Position numbers and translations under genes: made by a program
Part shown: piece by piece, positions 60,223 through 64,000 of the stretch
Position numbering within the stretch: the stretch's first letter is position 1
How the letters are laid out: each line of letters opens with the position of its first letter
The notes under the pieces: generated by a model
Seen by the model: only the letters and a program-made list of their open reading frames with translations
What the model was told of the DNA's origin: nothing
The model's database searches: none
Origin: Vicugna vicugna
Lineage: Eukaryota
Length of the DNA: 64,000 bases
Direction of reading: 5' to 3'
Assembly: GCA_013265495.1 (NCBI GenBank)
Contig: MU058009.1
Coordinates: 186,001-250,000 of the forward strand

Positions 60223-61198
60223 TGGTCCCGGGTGGGGCAGGGAAGTCGACCAGGATAGGGAGGCTGGTCCAGAGGCAGAGAACTGGGCACACTTGCGAGC
60301 TGGTAACTAGCACGTGTGATTTGCTGTTTCCTGGGGCCCAGCTGCGCTGGTGCACAGTGTGCTTCTGATGCTGGGATGGGCAACAGAGACGCACAGTGAG
60401 GAGGCCACGCTGGGGGCAGCAGGGGAGGGAGCTGGCAGGGCAGCTCCTGAGCCAGGCTGCAGGCTGAGGATGTGCTGAGCCCCTGATAAACAAATCATCA
60501 CTGTGGGGAGGGGGCGGATTTGGGGGCAGGCAACAAACACTCAGGCAGAGCGGCAGTGACGGAAGAGAAAGGCTATTGGTGATACAGGGGAACCAGAACA
60601 ATCTTCCACAGAAACGGAGCTGGGGCTAAATTCCTGCCGACTCTAACCCCACACTTAATCGTGCTAAACTGATGACTGTCCCTTCCATCTACCTTGGGTG
60701 TATGTCACTCCTGCTGAGGCCAGGACTCCAGGACTTCAGAAGGGGACTGGGAGGGAGGGGGCGGCTTCTGGGGGGCTGAGGTTTAGCTGCTGCTCTTCCG
60801 TAACCCCAGGTGGCTTCCTTCACGTCTCAGCTTAGCCTCTTGCCAGGACGGCTCATGTGTGTCTTCCCAGGCCCTGGCGGCTGGGTTAATTGCACGTTGT
60901 TTATGTAGCAACTATTACTAATGATTTCCTTTTCTCTGTCCTAGAGGGACAGCATGGCTGGCTGAGTTATTCCTGCCTGGGGAGATGTGTGAGGAAGGTC
61001 TCCTTCGCAACCTACCTGTAGTGACTTTGAGGCCAAGAGGGGCTCGGGGAGAAGGGTGGGTGGGTGTGAGTGAAGTCAGAGTAAGGGGGCATCTTCCTGT
61101 TCAGCTCAGCTCCTTTCTAGGGGAAACTCAGCTGTTCACTTGGATTCCACTCATCTGGGTGGAGCAGGCGAGGAATGGGATCCTGGGTTGTCCTGTTC

Positions 61199-61361
61199 CA
61201 GTGGTTCTTAACTTTCGCTGCATATTGGCATCATCCAGAGCTTTGACAGGCACTGACAACTGGTTCCCTCACCAGAGACTGGTATGGGGTGCGGCCTCCC
61301 ACGGAGTGGTTTAGAAGCTCCCCGGGTGAGTCTGATACCCAGCCAAGGTTGAGAACGGCTG
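61199..61361. mobile_element. MER5A1-type hAT-Charlie DNA transposon
   Basis: Terminal inverted repeats CAGTGGTTCT...GAGAACGGCTG; body 'gctgcatattggcatcatccagagcttt...ggggtgcggcc...aagctccccgggtgagtctgatacccagccaaggtt'. Confidence 0.8.
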
Positions 61362-61394
61362 TTGCAGCACATTCCTTTTGTGGTAGTTTATTCC

Positions 61395-61640
61395 TTTAAT
61401 CATTACGAACAAGAGCGGGGACCATTAATTGACTCCTACTGTGTGCCAGGCACAGAGGTAAGATTTTACGTAGGGAGTTTCAGGGAACATTTAGAACAGC
61501 CCAATGTTGTTGGGAGATGTTCTTATTACTATGTTGCAGATGGAGAAACTGAGGCTCGGGGAGGTTAAATAAACTGGCCCAAGGTCACACTTCTATTCCG
61601 TTGCAAAGCTACGCCTGACTCCAAAGCCTGTGCTCTTAAA
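61395..61640 (-). mobile_element. MIR SINE
   Basis: 'cctactgtgtgccaggcacag...gttgcagatggagaaactgaggctcggggaggttaaataaactggcccaaggtcacac'. Confidence 0.85.
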
Positions 61641-62959
61641 CGTTTGCACCACATTGTATCGCCTTTGGAAGGTCATTGGAAAGGTGGCCAGAGGGTGGAG
61701 GAATTTTGAGGTTCCATCTGGAAGAGGGTTTTGTTAAACAGTTTCCTAAGTAGTGCTTTGTATTAACAAATGAAGCTTTGGGCTTAGGGACAAAGGGACT
61801 TCCCTGGGATAACGGGTGGTCACGGCACTGTGCGCTGCTGACCCCATCCACTCACCGGGGTGGGGCATTTGCGCTCAAGATCTGAGGGCTATAAAGCCAG
61901 CGTCAGGCTCTGGTCTATAAGCCAATGGGGATGGAGGAGCCAAGGAGAGTCTGCAGGGGCCTGGCCTGCGGACGCGGCCAAGGGGAACGGGAGTCTGCTT
62001 CCCTGTGGTCACTCGGGGGGCTCTCCGTCCCCCTGAGAGCAGGCTCATTGGGTTCATCTGAAGCTACCTCAGCCGTTCCCGGGTCCCTGCAGGCCTGGCA
62101 AGGCCTTCACCCTCAGGGAATAGCAGGCCCTCAAAGAGCCGAAGAGGCCCTTGGCCCTCACAGTCTGACTCGAGCAGGCGCTGAAGGCCGGGACTCTTGG
62201 CCACACGCCTCCAAGCCTCAGGAGGAATCCAGACCCTCCTGACAGCCTCCGGGACCTGCGATGGAGATGCTGGCAGGAAGGGGCCGCCTGCCTCAGGGGC
62301 CAGGAAGGCAGGTGCTGGGGACAAGAGTGCCGGGCTCAGGTCTGCCTCCCCTCCGTCTTAGCCCTGTGAACCCAGGAAAGTGCTCATCCAAGAGGGGGCC
62401 AGAATAGGACCTCCCTCAGAGGGTCACGGGGAAGATGAGCGAGGTGACACCTGTGACGTGCTCAGCCCAGCCCTTCCCTCCCGATGCTCGGTCAGTAGTG
62501 CTGTTATCACTGTTACTGTTGCCACCACCATCGGAACCTTCTCCACTACTTTCCTTCAAGAACCCATTTATATTTTCAGCGTCTAACACCTTTGAGGGGT
62601 AATGTCGTCTGCAGGTTTAGGCTTCTTTCAAACGTCAAGGGTGGTTCTCTATTCAATTTACTCCACAGTCTTTCACTCTGGGGAGTGCACACCTGGAAGC
62701 TAGACTCCCTTTCTGCCTGGCGTCTTCAGATTGGACGGTGAGGATGATGGAGTGTCTTCATGTTTCCCACCTCACTGACTCCTTTTTCACGTCCCCGTTT
62801 GCAGTCCTCATATCTTTCTTGACGGTGTGGCGAGTGGTATGACGTGCCGGAGCCCAGGTGTTGTAACAGCATTTGCAGAAACTTGCTTTCCTGTGTCCTT
62901 CCCATCCGTACCCCACAGCAGGCTGCCCTCCACCACCCCACACTGGTCCCTGGACCCTT

Positions 62960-63495
62960 TTTCTGGCTGACAAGACCACAGTAGCCTCCCAGTTGCTCTC
63001 CACATGCCAACACTGCCTCTCTCCATCTTTTCCCCACAGAGACGCCAGCTTGATGCTTTAGGAACAGATCACGTCTCTGCTTGACCCATCAGCTTAAAGC
63101 CCCGAATCCTTAACCTGGTCCACAGGCCACTGTTGTCTCTCTGGACCCCGCCACCCCTCCGTCTTTCTCTGGTGCCTTTGGCCACGCGGGTCTTCTTTAG
63201 TTCCTTAGATGTGCTTTAATCCTACGCCCTCAGTCCCACCTCCTCCAGGGGGCCTCCCGCCCCACACCTGCCCGGCCTGTTACACTCTCAACTCCCCTGT
63301 GCTCCCCCTTCACATCTTTCATCACTGTTGTAATTACACAGTTTGCTGTGTGTCTGGTGAACTGTCTCCCTCCCGCTTGAAGGCCAGTCCAAGAGAGCAG
63401 GAGGACATCTGTGGCTCCACTTCGGGGCCGGCGTCGGCGGGGCCCACTGTGCTGGCGTGTGATAAGCATTCCATCAGTATTTGAGTGAATAGATA
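62960..63495 (+). mobile_element. L2 LINE 3' region
   Basis: 'cagatcacgtctctgctt...aaagccccgaatccttaacctggtccacaggcc...gtgaactgtctccctcccgcttgaaggcc...cagtatttgagtgaatagat'. Confidence 0.65.
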
Positions 63496-63607
63496 CACAT
63501 GCCATCAATCTGGGTTGATTTCGTCTATCTTTTACTTGCTCTCAGTATGCTCTCCTATGATCTGCCTCCGCTACTGTCTGGTGAACTCAGTAATTATTGG
63601 GGACAGA

Positions 63608-64000
63608 TTTTTTTTTTTGGATGCTCATTTGAAAAATGAGGTAGAGTTCACCTACCATAAAATTCACTCCTTTAAAATGTATGACGCGGTGGTTTTTATC
63701 TACCGTCTTTCGTAACCATTGCCATCAGCTAATTCTGAAGTATTTTCATCACCCTAAAAATCAGCCCTGTATCCATGAGGGGTCACTTCTAATTCCAGCC
63801 CCCCTGCACCTCTGGCAACCACTAGTCTCTTTCTGTCTTTCGAATTTGGCCATACTTCATTCTTTTTTATGTTTGAATAATATTCCACGTACAGCTATAC
63901 AATATTTTGTTTATCTAATTCATCATTAGGTGGACATTTGGGTTTCTACCTTTTGACTATTGCAAATAAAGCTGCTATGGACATTTGTGTAAGGTTTTTG
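63608..64000 (-). mobile_element. Old L1M (L1MB/MC-like) 3' UTR fragment, continues past the window end
   Basis: 'gttcacctaccataaaattcactcctttaaaatgta...ctctggcaaccactagtctc...tattccac...gtggacatttgggtttctacc...aaataaagctgctatggacatttgtg'. Confidence 0.85.

Noticed and set aside
17143-64000. Using repeat orientation to infer the host gene strand
   Set aside because: All four MLT1 LTRs are on + (implying a minus-strand host) while both L1s are on - (implying a plus-strand host); the signals conflict and the numbers are too small
1-64000. CRISPR arrays, operons, rRNA/snRNA/miRNA genes, or a named host gene
   Set aside because: This is eukaryotic non-coding DNA with no spacer-repeat array, no recognisable structural RNA and no exon I could match, so I cannot assign a gene symbol without an alignment

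Overview
This is 64 kb of GC-rich mammalian DNA. It is most likely from a camelid, because the only young SINE is a tRNA-Ala(AGC)-derived element of the Vic-1 type, and I saw no Alu, B1, Bov-A, CHR, PRE, Can or ERE SINEs. I found no protein-coding exon, RNA gene or processed pseudogene that I can support, and none of the listed ORFs resembles a known cellular protein. The window is a large intron or gene desert, and I cannot name the locus. About a third to half of it looks like ancient repeats: many MIR and L2 fragments, four MaLR (MLT1) LTRs, hAT MER elements, one CR1/L3 fossil and two L1 3' ends. It also has microsatellites and three assembly gaps. Between the repeats are roughly 20 unique islands, often AT-rich, that resemble conserved non-coding enhancers of a developmental or neuronal gene. 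The best-supported regulatory signals are a canonical REST/NRSF RE1 element (17732-17752) and an orphan CpG island (about 35281-35760) containing a perfect 14-bp ETS palindrome. I see no evidence for a new coding system. The most interesting reading is a long-range regulatory landscape, which needs cross-species alignment and chromatin data to confirm. Repeat boundaries and subfamily names are by-eye matches to recalled consensus sequences and are approximate.
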